From positions 3,825 through 67,824 of the forward strand of contig NMRA01000172.1 in assembly GCA_002633005.1 (NCBI GenBank): a stretch of 64,000 nucleotides of DNA. The letters run 5' to 3'. This document shows, piece by piece, positions 48,301 to 61,645 of this stretch; position 1 is the stretch's first letter; each line of letters begins with the position of its first letter. Both the position numbers and the translations under genes were made by a program. This stretch comes from Phoronis australis (taxonomy: Eukaryota; Animalia; Phoronida). The notes under the pieces were generated by a model, which made no database searches, was not told the DNA's origin, and saw only the letters and a list, made by a program, of their open reading frames with translations.

Positions 48301-51150
48301 AGTTTATATTCGAAATTTCATTATGTTGTTTGTCATTTTTATCTGCCCCTATATATATGTAATTATATGATCGCATATTGTTGTCATTCTGTCCGGTTGT
48401 TCGCTCGATATCTCAGAAACTCTTTGTCAGGTTTTGATGAAATTTGACACTTGTGTGTAGGGCATCGCTAGAGCAGTGCATGCCAATTTTCAATTTGCTC
48501 TGGTCCCCAGAACTAGGTCAGGACTTTTCATTGTTTTGGGAGGAAAAACGATGGTTGGATTTCTATGAAACTTGACACACAAGTATGTGACGACAATTTG
48601 CCAGGACCACTTGATATTTACGCTATTAGCCAAAGCACCACTTTTGGTCTCGGCAAGGAGCTTTTTCAGTACCTTTTAGGGAAGAGTGTTACCGGATGAT
48701 ATCGAGAAATTCAGTTGACAGATTCAATGAAACTTAACACAGACATATGTGACAATGTGCCAGCGCCACTTGATTTTTAGGCTATTGGCACATCTTACTC
48801 AGATCTGTTGACATTTTTGGAACTTCCTCATTGTGTCATTCTAGTTAAAGGAATTTATTTCGTTTTTGTACAAATCTAACTATTAAAAGAATCCAACCTA
48901 CATTCTAGCGGCCTTTTTATTTTTGTGTCAGTCTGTTATTTGTCGTCTGCCTTCCTATGCTCCAAACTTCTTGAAGAATCGTGATGAAGACTGGCAGGTG
49001 TGTTCTCATTGAGGAGATCGTTGCTAGGTTGCTGTGTACCCCATAGAGGCCATTTTAGGTTTATTATCATTGCTCCCTTCAAGGGAATGTTTCAAATAAT
49101 GGTCACCCCTTATAACTGTGCTGTTATTGCAATTTGCACAGTGCGGTGCATGCCATTGCTTTGTGTTCCTCTTGTTGATTACTCAAATCTCAGGCCTTGA
49201 AGTGGAACTTGCAGGCTTATTCCTTATCTTTATGATTGCTTGGCCAAATTAGTTAGAAACACAACATATAGCGATATGAACTAGGTTGAAAATTGCCCAA
49301 TGTTTTAAGAATGAATTTTGTGGCAAAAACGATCTGCCGCAAGTCACTGAACCATGTCCAGTAAGTATCATGACTTTGTGCTGGGGAATAACACTGCATG
49401 GTGCGGGTTATGTGAGCCTGCAAGGTAGGTCATTAGTTCAAAGGTCACATGTTTACAAGTTGTTGATGAATACAGCTGTACTTTGTTTAGCACAGCTTAT
49501 TTTAAAATAGCATTGTGGTTTAGTTCCTGCTATACATTAGCATAGTTAAGACCATGGAAACACACCTTTAAAAATCACAGCTACACTTTTGTAGCTTGTG
49601 GAATGAATAACACAATTTGCAAGTTTTGTGTAGAAATTTTATTGCCTGTGATAGGTTTGCAGATCTTAGTATCAATCACATGTGACTTCAAGCATTTGAG
49701 CATCATTTTTGTACTTGTAATGTGTTCCTGTGCTCACCTAGGATTCTGGTTTTTGTTTTATGGGTTAAATCTTTTATTCTTAGAAAATATTGAAGAAATG
49801 AGACGCTTGTTAACGAATCTTCACCAATGAATGGTTAATAGCATCTGTAAAGCACACAAACACCTGCTTTTAGTTGTAACAGTTATTGAGTGTGGAGATT
49901 TGCAGTGTGTCATAATTATATGTTCTTATATTTACAGTTGAACCAGGTTTCTACAGCAAGAACACACTGATGCTGGGGAAGACATATGCCAGAATGAACC
50001 AAAAGGACAAAGCCATTTACTTTTTGAAGAAAGTTCTTCAGTTCCCCATGGAAACACCAAGTGACATAGAGGTGAAGATCTCCTGTTGTAGCAGTAATTC
50101 ATTTGTTAATATTGTTGTAAACTAGTTTTGTATTCGACTGTTTGTCCCTGAGAAGTCAGCCTCGTTTCGATCTGTACTAAGATTAGAATGGCTTTACCCG
50201 GAAGGGAGAATAAGGGATTCCCAGTGATAAACTTAACATAAAAGAGTTGACAATGCTTGTCATGATGGTCATCCCGTTATTTCTTCCCTTCATATTAATG
50301 ACAAATTCAAGTAGAGTCAAACGACGTTACAATGAACCTCTGTGGATCTGTCTAAAACATTTACTCTCAGTGATGTTTGCTGTAACCAAATCAACGTTTT
50401 AGAGAAAATACCACCAGAGATTACAAGTGTATAATTAACTAATTATTGGTAGAAATGGAAAACTAACATACACTGAACATGTTCTTGCTGTTTATGTTTT
50501 CCATTGTGCAAAAGTTGTTGAAGACATGACGCTTGTTGTTATTGACAATCTTTATTCCATTCCATATGAACGGAATGGAATAAAGATTGTTAATAATGAT
50601 AAGTGCCGTGTCTTTAACAACTTTTCAACATATATTGTAAAACTCTGGTGGCAGGAGGCACTTGATTCTGTTCTCTGCCGCAGTGCGATGTTAATGCTAC
50701 TTACATTCACAGAAAATAAACATTGAGTCACACCGTAAATCCCTGACTGATCTCCCAAAAACCTAGATAGCCTTAGCATACCTGCCAGGCAGAGCACAAA
50801 TATGACGTTGGCGTGATCTAATTTTTGACAAGTGGTCACTGTTTAACTGTAACGTTGTTGACATAACCGTGTTGAGACATAGTAACAGTGTTAATAGTGT
50901 AGCTGTTTGCTAAATACAATGTGTTGAAAGAGTATTGTCCATTAGAAAACGAAACTTGTACATTGGAACGTTATGAATGAGCGAAAACCACTGAAACTCA
51001 AAGCGTGTCGTTTAAGAATTCAATACTAACTCTGAGTGGTGGTAAAATGCCCCTTTTAATTAGTTTGTTGCATTTTATGATCTTCAATTGTTTTTCCAGG
51101 CTCAAGAAGAGGCAGCTGAACTACTCCGTTCACTTGGCGTCAATGTTTGA
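42393..51150 (+). CDS. RMDN1: Regulator of microtubule dynamics protein 1-like, copy A (~275 aa)
   Basis: Exons 42393-42410, 43639-43732, 44160-44425, 45636-45725, 46758-46813, 47860-47947, 48264-48294, 49938-50071, 51100-51150, all in frame and GT-AG. Motifs ADQLY, EVLWRLARA, AHKWYAI, ALELNPNDAT, FADLAWY, PPESSY, ALEYFEKAE, PGFYSKN. The first two exons are less certain. Confidence 0.9.
42611..43138. mobile_element. Foldback/MITE element forming a ~530-bp imperfect palindrome
   Basis: Ends TAGACAGTGA ... TCACTGTCTA; arms stay complementary inward to a short centre near 42880-42920. Confidence 0.8.
46432..46688. repeat. Minisatellite, 23-bp unit x ~11
   Basis: Unit GAGC(A/G/T)GTGTATATGAGTGTGACT, inside an RMDN1-A intron. 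Confidence 0.95.
49195..49572 (+). repeat. Dispersed repeat shared with DYNLRB intron 3 (~35600-36000)
   Basis: AAGTGGAACTTGCA...AAATTAGTTAGAAACA...TTTAGTTCCTG.TATACATTAGCATAGTTA in both places. Confidence 0.7.
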
Positions 51151-54100
51151 CAAAAGTTTTATTTGATACCTCATAGCATTTAACGTAATTATATTTATTT
51201 ATTTACTCCTTAATTGGAAATAAATTCTGTTTAACAGTGACAACATTTGTGCAATTTACTAGAAATTTTGTTCACTTATAATTCCTTAATAAACTTATTC
51301 CTTTTGACCAACAAGTATGTGCTTTTTGATATCACAGTAAGATCACCAATTTAAGATACAATAGGACAGATAAGGGAAATGTTCTGTACCATAGCTATTG
51401 CATTTTGAGCTTTCACAACAATAATTGGGAGACTGAAAAAAATGAAAAACAAACATCAATTTTGTCCATCCTTTTTGGTGAAATTTGACCTTAGTAAAGC
51501 AATATTGCTTTCTTTCAAATATAACTAATCAAATTATAGCAGCAGAGTTGTACACGTTCATGTTCAGTTTTAATTTTATTTTGAAACTGTGCCGTTCATT
51601 CCTTGCTTTTTATTGAATAAATAGCCGAGGATTCAACGACTTTGCTTTATTTTGTTGTTAATGGGGGTATTTTGTAAAGTACTGTGTGATTTGGTTTACT
51701 TGGAGCTTCCTACCTCCCCCTCCTATGATTGCCAGTGGACTGTTCCACTCCTCTGCAAGACAGCGGGTGGCGGAAGAGCCTTTGGCTATAAGAAAGCCTT
51801 CAGCAAATAAAACCGTATTTTCCAGAGACTGGAAATGTCACGAACGTGGTTTAGATTTAGAGATGTTATGGTCATGTTACGTTGTATCTCGACGAACAAG
51901 ATAGAGTGGACGAGAAGTCCGTTGTTCAAATGGGTCTGTATTTTCCTGTTAAAGGTGCTTTTTTGTTTCATTAACTTAAAATAGCATTTGATTGGGTTGG
52001 GAAGCAAACTATGTACGTAGCAAACTTTTAAAATAAGTCTTCAAGCACCTCGTCGAGTAAGCAGAATTAGTTACTGGGACATTTCTCCTTACCTTAAGAA
52101 AATAGTTTCAATCAAAAGTACGCTCATGGCCGTATTTTCGGAGTTTTTTTTCCAAAAGTACTCATTGGCCTATTTTTGGTTAGTGTTTGCATGTTTTGAA
52201 AATCTGGATAGTTCTAAAATACGTATATGGTATGTTTTGATATTAAATTTTGTTTATTTTAGCAAGACATGTTTTAGAATCGCGATTTCATTCAAATTCA
52301 TTTAACCTGACATTGGGCGATTTGGTAACTAAGTGTGTTAGCACAGTTTGAATGACACCTTTAACCCACTGTGTTAAATTAAGCATAGACTAATGACTTA
52401 CTTATTGACTTACTTGTGAGGTACAACTACATACATTAAAAAAGGAACATATTTCAGTTTCCGAAAATACGACCCTCTTTTCCGAAAATGCGATCCTCTT
52501 TTCCGAAAATGTATATTTGGTTTCATTTGACGTTAAGAAACAAATTCTAAAATATAAGTTCAGAATACGGTATTATTTGCTAATTGGTAGTAGACCTCTT
52601 ATTGCGAGAACTACAAACATTACGTTGCAAGACGTAGAAGTTTGAAAAAGTATCGAAATCGTTGAGAACAAAAAAAATACAGTTGAGGCATTTCTAGTGC
52701 AGAAATGAAAGATATTTTAACACGGCTGATGCACCTAAGCCGAGAATATTGAAAGAATTCTTTCTATGTTTGGGGGGGGTGATTGAAAATTGTGTACTAT
52801 TTCGAACGGGAGATGCTGTAGCTGATCAGTCAAAGTGATTTTCCGTAACTTCTGTGCCTTGCAGAAGCCGCTTTGGGATTTTTGGAATTAAAAAGAAAAG
52901 AAAACACCATTAGGCATAGTCCCCAGTTTCATGGCTTCACATTATAGAGTATTTTTGTAAATATTTCTGGGACATACAGCGTATCCCCAACAGATCGGTC
53001 AGAGCATTGCAAGGTAAAAAGAAGTGTCAAAAAGACGTATATTTCAACGACTTTCATTAACTATATGAAGCGGACAGAATCCCAGACTTGTCTTGGTTAA
53101 AAAACGAACGGCTACGTCCTAGAAATGTTATGTTTTCTTTTGACGACGGAATGAAACGACAAGCAAAACATTGGGGCCAGTCTATTGACATACGACCTAT
53201 TTCTCAATTTTCTTGTCGAAGTTGCAAGTGTTAAGAAACTTTCCTTCGTACGACTGCACATTTGTTTACATTTTGATAACAAAAGACGGTAATCCATGAG
53301 TTTGAAATATACGAAAGGTTTTAACAACTTCTATTAAAACGAAAATGTACCATATCCGGTTTTGGCCTATTAACGCATAACGACGTTCCCCATCCACTTC
53401 TTTGAAACGAAATAATGCACCGTAATCCTCGACAACCCTCAAAAGTTTGGAGGAAAATTTGAAAACTCACTTTTAAACTGTAAGTAAGAAACAGCGCAAG
53501 TTGTCAGTCTCGTAAATCAAAAGTTAGTTTTTACAGCCTTCAAGGCAAGCTGCATATAGCCGCTTTAATTACTAGTATCGATCAGTTTCAACGAGAGTCC
53601 GCATAGCACTAGAGAAAAGAAAAATACCAGATTCCAAATTACGAAACAGAAATTATGCCAATGAATGACCTAGTAGAAGAGTCGAACATTTTGTAGCCTT
53701 CCTAATTGATTGGCTGAATTAGGCACGGGTTCACTCAGCCTAAAAAATGGGGGTTTCGGATTTTTGAGAATGTGGACCTTTTACAAAGATTTACGGTGTA
53801 CTTTCAGAGCTATGAATTATGGATTCGCCGAATTTTGGTAGTTCCTGTCTTTTTACAGGACTTTTATCTCGTTTTCTATTTGTTTCTCTGAGGCGGACCT
53901 TTTTGCCCGCTTCGCCACTGGAATGGGGGCATGGTTCGAGCCCCCCTTGGGTGCGTGCATGTTAGGCTAATGTTGTTTTTAACAAACATTCCCAGGGATG
54001 TTTCATCGCCCTTCGGTAACGTTTCTCTTGTTCCAACAAGTAACAAAACACGACGTTTGTTCGCCGTCACATCTTTTATTTCCGTCCTTTCAGTGTCGCC

Positions 54101-56268
54101 TTGTATATTTTTCTATTGACTTTCTATAATAGTTCTCTGATCCGTCAACTCTGATTTACCAATGCATGTACAGTTTACGTGCAAAATGCTAAAATGTTTT
54201 AGCATTTCTAAAAAACGATCATGGGCCATTGTTTTTGCATCCCTGACTGTTTACCAAACGCTACTACATACATTGCATGCTTGCCAGGCCGCGGCTAAAG
54301 GCATCAGTGGACATGAAAGTGCCATCTAGGTAAGCAAAATTTGTAAAAAAAAAAAAAAACGTTTACCAGTGTGAGCGGTTCTTAAAAACAGTTTGGCAGA
54401 GTTTCAGTTAGAAACGTTCGGCAGAGTTTAGAGGTAGCTTACAGACTGGTGGCCGAACTCGCCCTAACATCATCAAACTCAGAGTTTAGTCGTGTTTAAA
54501 ATTTGCGGGCACAGCATGTCAGCCGTAAATGAGACTTCCAGTGTCTTAAGGAACTCTATACGCGCCAATAAAGTTTCTTCATTTATCCGATTATAGCTTA
54601 AATCAAGGCGACGTTTTCTCCAAAAAGACTTGTTGTCACCACCTCTTCTGTTGTGTGCAATAAGGGCGAGGAGTCTCCTCGGTAAACCTTCAGGTAATGT
54701 GTCATTTCGCGTTGACAAATTGACGATTCGTTATTACTTGCCTTTAACAGAGGCGTCGTGCTTTGGTAGGTAAAAAGAATCTCCATGAAGAACCAAGTTG
54801 CACAGACTGATCTGAAACAGTGACGACTAAGGAACATTTTGTGACCAAACTATACTAGATTGGTCTGAAAAAATGGTGACTGATTAAAGAACGTTTTAGA
54901 CCAATTAATAAAAATAAAGTGTTCGAGTCAATTAAAGTAAATTGTTGTGACTATTGTTGGTTTTTTATAGTCAATTTAACTGTATTGAAAACACTTACGA
55001 GAAATTGATTACCTCAAATAGACAGGTAATGTTGAAACGTTGACGTGGATATTCGAAAAAATGAGTAAGTTTTAGTGTATTAATTTAAGCTATTGGGGCA
55101 AAGTTTAGGCCTGGGCCAGCAGTCTAATCTTAGCACAAGAATTCGAATTCGGTATTATTTCAAGTTGGTTATTTTCAATTTTGTATTTTGTTCAAACTCA
55201 AAATAGGTGTCTATTAATATTCTATGTTCGATGACCTAATGGCCTATATGTGGATGATTTTCTAATACGAGATTGCACTTGATGACTCCTGGCCAGCATT
55301 AAAGTTAAAAACTCGAGATTTTAGCGCGGACCTCGGTACCATCAAGTACAAACATGTATTAGAATCTCTTATGCATAAACCAAAATGTATTCAACACAAT
55401 AATTAACTTTTATCTTGAATACGCAGCAAAGTAGAACGGAAAATGACAAAAATAAATTCGATTACGATTTCAAGTACTAAAACTAGACTCCGACCCAAGA
55501 TCTTTCATCGATTTACCAAGTACCTACGTGTGACAAAAGGAGTAAATTTTCGTATTGCACGCATTCAACTGAATAAATTGATAACCATATGTAATAAAAG
55601 TGTTTTTCATGTTTTGTTCGCTGTGTATCACGTAGTTCCAAGTCTAGCTCGGCTTGGTTTCTCGCTCAACCCTGCCCATGACGTCACTAACTCCTGTAAA
55701 ATCCGATCAATGAAATGTCAGCTTATTGACACGGGAAGGAAATCCGGATATTCGTGTGATCGTTTTAGTTCTATTGCCGTACTAAAATATAATCAAACCA
55801 CAATTAATTATTAAGTTTTGAAACTGGTGATAAGGGAGAATTTTCAGGATATACACGCGGCACGAATTATATAAATGATTAGGAAAGTTTATCATCTAAA
55901 CATTAAACGACTTTAAAAATGTGATTAGGTCAAGTAAAACTGAACAATGAATTATATCTTAAATTGCGTTTATGCTGCGAATGTACTATAATGATCGATT
56001 TTTTACAAAAATCACTTTCACATACAATTAAATTACCTTATGTTTTACAGTGTGTGGATATAGAACATTGTAAATGAGCATTTAGTTAGCTATATTGTGT
56101 ATTTTGCTAAAAATATTCTGCACTGTTTTTGAAAATTGCCAGTTAGTAAAATGCGTTTAATTGGTTATTGTATTTCAGTGAAGTCCTGTTTTATAACATT
56201 GATAGAATCAATGCAACCAGGCAATCATTCAAAAAATGTAGCTTTTTACTTGTTTTGTTCAACAATAG

Positions 56269-59200
56269 AGAAGTTGAGGGATGACATTTTCGGGATTTTG
56301 GAAAAGGCCGACAAGTTACACGCCGATGGGGAAATTGACCAACTGTACGCGTACCTCAGTAGGTTCAAAGATGACGAGCAGGACGAAATATTATGGAGAC
56401 TTGCAAGAGCGGTGAACGAACTGTCGAAACGAACGACCGACGAAAAGTTGCAGAGAGACCTCGTGCTCGAAGCATTTGATTATGCAGCACGAGCAATACA
56501 AATTAACGACACTAGTTTCGACGCACATAAGGTAAGTCATTGGTCTGCGTGTACCCAAAGTCAATTTAAATCGCACAAAAGGACTAGTGTCATAGGATCT
56601 AATGTGGCTTTCATCATTCCGAGTTTCAATCGCCGTCTTTCCACACCTTCTGAACTGTCGACATAAACTGTCGCCATCGACATAAATTGTCGCCCGGGCG
56701 ACAATTTATGTCGTAAGAAACTGCTACTACATTCCCATAGGCAACTATAACGTTGTCGAATAAATTTTTCAGTGGCGAAAATGCTCTTATGTTGAACGAG
56801 TGTCAACAGAATAACCGTTGATATTCACAACTTCTTTACAAACGTATTTCTTTTCCCCACGGGCCTCTCGAGAAAATGTATCTTTTATGAATTTAATGGG
56901 GTTGGCCGTGCAACTCTAAAAGTGCCAATTCCAATTAAAATTGCACGTGTACGAATTCCAACATGGCGCATGCCGAATACGCATTGTCCGTGTGACTTGA
57001 GTTGGTGACGGGAATTCGGATGTTTAGTGATAACGTGTCATGTCAGTAGATGACGCAATTTGGACTCGCAGTCACATTGGGTCCAAAACGTCATAATGAC
57101 GTCAAAATGACGTCATGCTAAACATTCCTATAGAATTTTACCACGGTAACGAATATGAGAGCAAAGGGCCCAGTTCGATATTTAGTTTTAGTCCGTTAGA
57201 CAAGATGCATCTTATAACTATGCTGTACGTCTATACAGATTGTATCCTCACAATTGTAACCACAGTCATTAAACGGCAATTCACGAGAAGAGACATGAAA
57301 TTATTGTGTTCACAGAAAAGACTCAAGATTAAATACAATATTGGTTGATGAATACTTTCCTCGTTTCAGTGGTACGCCATCCTTGTGGATGCTGCAGCCG
57401 CAACTGAAGGCAGAAAAGCACGTCTTCTCGCCTCCGTCACAATGGTCGATCACTTCAAGGTTACTGTCGACTTCCCAACTAGCTTTCCCTTAAATGTAGA
57501 ATTCTCTGAAATCACGAACTGCTACACTCACCTTCTGCACCTTATAAACATTTATTTCTGATTATAATTAATTGGATTTCGGAGACACACCCAACAAAAA
57601 TATCATGTACATGTCGTTTGTGAAGACGTCCGTGGGCGTTTTACTTTTGAAAACTGTGGTTGGCGTCCTACATGTAGGTCCGCCAGTGGATTATTATTTC
57701 GAACATTTTATGTTCGTTTGATACTGAAGCGCCTGTTGATAAATCAGTTACTTCAAATTATGAATGATTTAGCTTCACTATAATACCGTTATTACAAATA
57801 ATTTCTCTAAATAATTTCGAAACATCTTGATTTGCTTTATTTACAAATCAGGATTTTCAGTAACTGAAATAAATCATTATTCATGGCCAATTTTGTTGAG
57901 AACTTTCGAAATTCATGTAACGTTGTCCTAGTTCATTTTCGATTTCAGTTCTTTTTCAAGTTTAAAGTATTTTTTATAAAATAGTACAAGTAAAGACAAA
58001 AATGACATTACTGCCGAGAAATTAAATCAATTACCATTAACATCAAGGTAACTCGATTGCGGTTTGTTTTCAGAAAGCAGCAGCACTAAACCCGACAGAT
58101 GCCGCTACTTTCCATTCCATTGGTTTCTGGTAGGTCATCACCGTGACGGTCAGTAAGGGCGGTATTTCACTTTACGATCTGTAGGTGTGCCTCGAGTGCA
58201 ATTTATCTCACGTCACAGTTATCACAACTCAGTGAGGCAAAATACTCGCGCCGGTCTATAAACTTGAGTGCGTTCGTTTTGAACAGCATGACATCATTTT
58301 TTTTGACTTGGTCTATTTACCCCAACCACCTTACATTGGCATGACGACAGTCATTTATCCTGCTAGCATGGGTGTATAGCGTAGTACACACGTTGATATA
58401 TATGAGCTGATGAGAGAGATTTTTAGTGTTGTCAGTGGATGCAATAGTTAATTCTCATTGGCCACGGAAAGTAATTAGCTATGCATTTAGGTCACCTAAC
58501 CTGCATGCTATGAGGATTTAAAATCCAACAAGTGAGTCACCCACCTCTTGACTGCTTCCGTGCAAAATGAACAGAATTTGTCAGTTTTTCCTGTGCCACT
58601 GTAAATCCTCACAACGACATGCGGGAGGTCACCTAAGGCGGCTTTACCCGATCGATTCAAGTTGCATTCGATAGCCAACGATAATTAATTATCAGTGCTC
58701 AGTGTAGTGGCGGAGCGTATATAGGCGCACGTAGGTGCAGCCAACCACTACAGCACTGTTAATTCACATTGCTTCACCTGGTAACAAAAATTTTTATGTT
58801 GGCTCTATCTTTGAAGCCAATTGTTCTAAATTTACCGCGATGTTGTTTACTAAGAACGTAGTTTAGCCAGACACTGGCATTTTGACCTGCTGTGTGCGAC
58901 AATGACGTGCGGTAAATTTCACTACGGCAGACAGCTTAGCTTGTAGTTTTCAGTATGGTTTCAGAGGTAGACAGCTATCTTTCGCCGATGGCCCTCAAGT
59001 GCTTATCCGATTACCTAGTCGATGAAAATTAAGTACTGCACCAACTGACAACAACAAATTTCCATCGCTGGCTCCTTGTAACCGTATGTACTACATTTAC
59101 GTTTCATACTGCGAATGTGAGTGAGCCTTGTGCCGTGCCTCGGTGTCCGAAGTCTGTTGGGATAACAATGACGTAAGATAACAATGACGTAAGGTAAATT

Positions 59201-61645
59201 TCACTTGGCAGCCAGCTGAGCTCATGGCACATCGTGCCTTGTTCGCCGGGCCTAGCTACGACGAGATCGAAAACCAAGGACGTATGAGCCTATAGAAACC
59301 GGATTCGTTAATCCTCGCCCTACAATTCATTCCTCTGAGATGTGTAGGCCAGTCCAAAAATATTTTGTTATCGGGCGCTGTTCGTTACTGGCGCTCGCCC
59401 ATGTTATACAAAAAACGTTTTCGTCCTACAATTGATATTTTGTTCTCAAATTTTGGCAATTGCGCACAAATTTTATGGTCGGTTGCACGAAAGGAAAATG
59501 GTTAAAATTTTCCTAAAACACCTTACCGGAATTTAGGTGCCATAGTTGGGTTTAGCAGAAACCTTGAGTAGTCTGCAACAGTATAACAAGAAACAATGAC
59601 GTAGAGCCGTCCATGTCGTGTCGACTGTGTTTATAAACACCAGTCGACACGACATGATCCTCTGCTCGAGTAGGAAGGTGGCCGGAGTTACTTGCCAGAT
59701 GAAAACCCGAGTCAAGCATTGTCAGTGGTCACAACAAATGCAGAAACTGATATTAAACAGAACATGAAAATTCCCAAAAATCGCAACTTTGTGCTTTTGT
59801 AGGTATTTCACGTTCGCCGACTTTGCCTGGTATGAAAAGCAGGTCTGTGCTATTTTGTTTGGTACACCTCCACAGTCAAGTTATGAAAAGGTATTTTCAT
59901 TCAACAATTTTTACACAATAATGTTGGTCTTGGTTCAATAATTCCCTCTGCAAGGAGAACAGAAACTATGAGTTGGCAATTGATCAGCTCAGCAAATTTT
60001 CATTGTTTGTCATAGTACAGGTTTGCTACCCTTGTAAACATAATTCCCACGCGCTCTGACCGTGCAAAATTACGCCAGACGCGTTGAGCCAACGCCGGGG
60101 CGGGGCCCACGTGACTAAAACTCATGAACTCTCAAGTAGATTTATTTACAATCATTCGCCATGCGTTATGGATACAGTGGTTTCTTTGATGCTCTCAGCA
60201 ACTTCAAAAACCAATTTTCGTGATTCTGCCCTCGGTACAGAGTTAGTCCAACACTTATTCATTGTCACGACTTTTGATTTCTCTTCATTACAGGCATTGG
60301 AGTATTTTGAAAAGGCAGAGGAAGGTTAGTGGAATAACAACGTAATGTGTTTTAGTGCTATTGTAAAGAGGTTGTCTCGGCTTTTCGTTTTCTTACATTG
60401 TTCTGTACAGTACTGCTCGACGGAGGAAGTTGAAGAATAACTGAAACGTCATTTTGTTTGAGCAACTCACTGAACAACTCGCGTAAATCGGATTTTCAGA
60501 CAACTCGGATCGAGTTCTACGTTATATCGTTTAGTTCAAACCATGCAACCAACACTTCAGATCAGGAGGTCTAATGGAAGATCTTGTTCCGGATGGATCC
60601 GTCTTATGCGTATGAGTGCAATTCATCAAATTGTTGTCATGCTAGCCGTTTCTCCACATTTCAAACCATTTCTGACAAGCGCAAAAGTAAGCCCGGCGAC
60701 AACTCTTTGATAGCTATTATATGGATTTAATGTGCAAGTACGACACTTTTATTAGTAACTCCCATTTTTGTTTGACATAAATTGCTTATTTGACAATCGA
60801 ACAAACAATTTTTAACCCTGAATATTTTAACTTTCAGTAAAACCCAACTTTTACAGCAAGAACACTCTAATGCTCGGCAAAACCTACGCGCGCTTGCAAC
60901 AACGAGAAAAAGCCATTTATCACTTGAAGAAAGTTCTGGAGTTTCCATTCGATTCTTGTGCAGTCGATGTAAGTTCTTGCATAACTTGTTCTTACCACGT
61001 TGTGTAACAATGTATCACTAGCAATAACGCACCAACTGTTTTATTGCCCAAGAGGGTAGTCTTACTACCCTCGGGGCCCAAAAAGTCAACCTGAGTTGTT
61101 GGTCAGAAACAAAATAGCAGTTTCAGAGCAGATTTTTGCAGACTGTGAGGGCCCGATTTTGAAGAGGATTCAAACTGAGTATTAGACCTACTTCGTACTG
61201 AACTCACTCAAAAATATTTGTTCCACTCTCGCGGGAGTTCAGGTTAGCTTATGAGTTTCTATTGCAGTTCATCATGACTTCGCGTTAGGTCACGGTGGGC
61301 GTCGCTGAAAGCACATACATACCAAAAAAACAAGTAGCAATGGTAAAAATTGGACTTGTCCACACGATACCACGAAATTTGTAATTTACTTTCCTCACAT
61401 TCTTCTCAACAAAAACAACTATAAAGTTTGGTTCGTTATCAATATGATTTGTAGGATACTGAGAAAATACACCATTTGGCCATACCAGACTGAGTAATAT
61501 AAGCAATTTCAATTAAGTCTTTTTGAGTGGGAAAGTCATTTTGAACTATTACGTTTTTTGCCTTTGAAGAATTTTTCCGTTTGTACTCAATCAGGCTAAA
61601 GACGAAGCAATCCAGCTGCTGCGATCTCTGGGAGTGGAGTTATGA
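56269..61645 (+). CDS. RMDN1: Regulator of microtubule dynamics protein 1-like, copy B (5' end uncertain; candidate ATGA|GTAAGT exon end at 55061-55064)
   Basis: Exons 56269-56531, 57370-57459, 58074-58129, 59803-59890, 60294-60324, 60838-60968, 61595-61645. Intron phases match copy A and exon sizes are near-identical. Motifs EILWRLARA, AHKWYAI, FADFAWY, ALEYFEKAE, PNFYSKN. Confidence 0.9.
56678..56713. repeat. Perfect 36-bp palindrome
   Basis: CGACATAAATTGTCGCCC|GGGCGACAATTTATGTCG, with an extra near-copy of one arm at 56659-56675. Confidence 0.9.

Noticed and set aside
57097-57115. Tandem TGACGTCA (CRE) motifs
   Set aside because: Short intronic motifs that are also common in repeats; no independent support for function.
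35271-61645. Functional 'microtubule gene cluster' (DYNLRB plus two RMDN1)
   Set aside because: Adjacency of two gene families is not evidence of co-regulation, and the 5' ends are ~3.7 kb apart with repeats between them.
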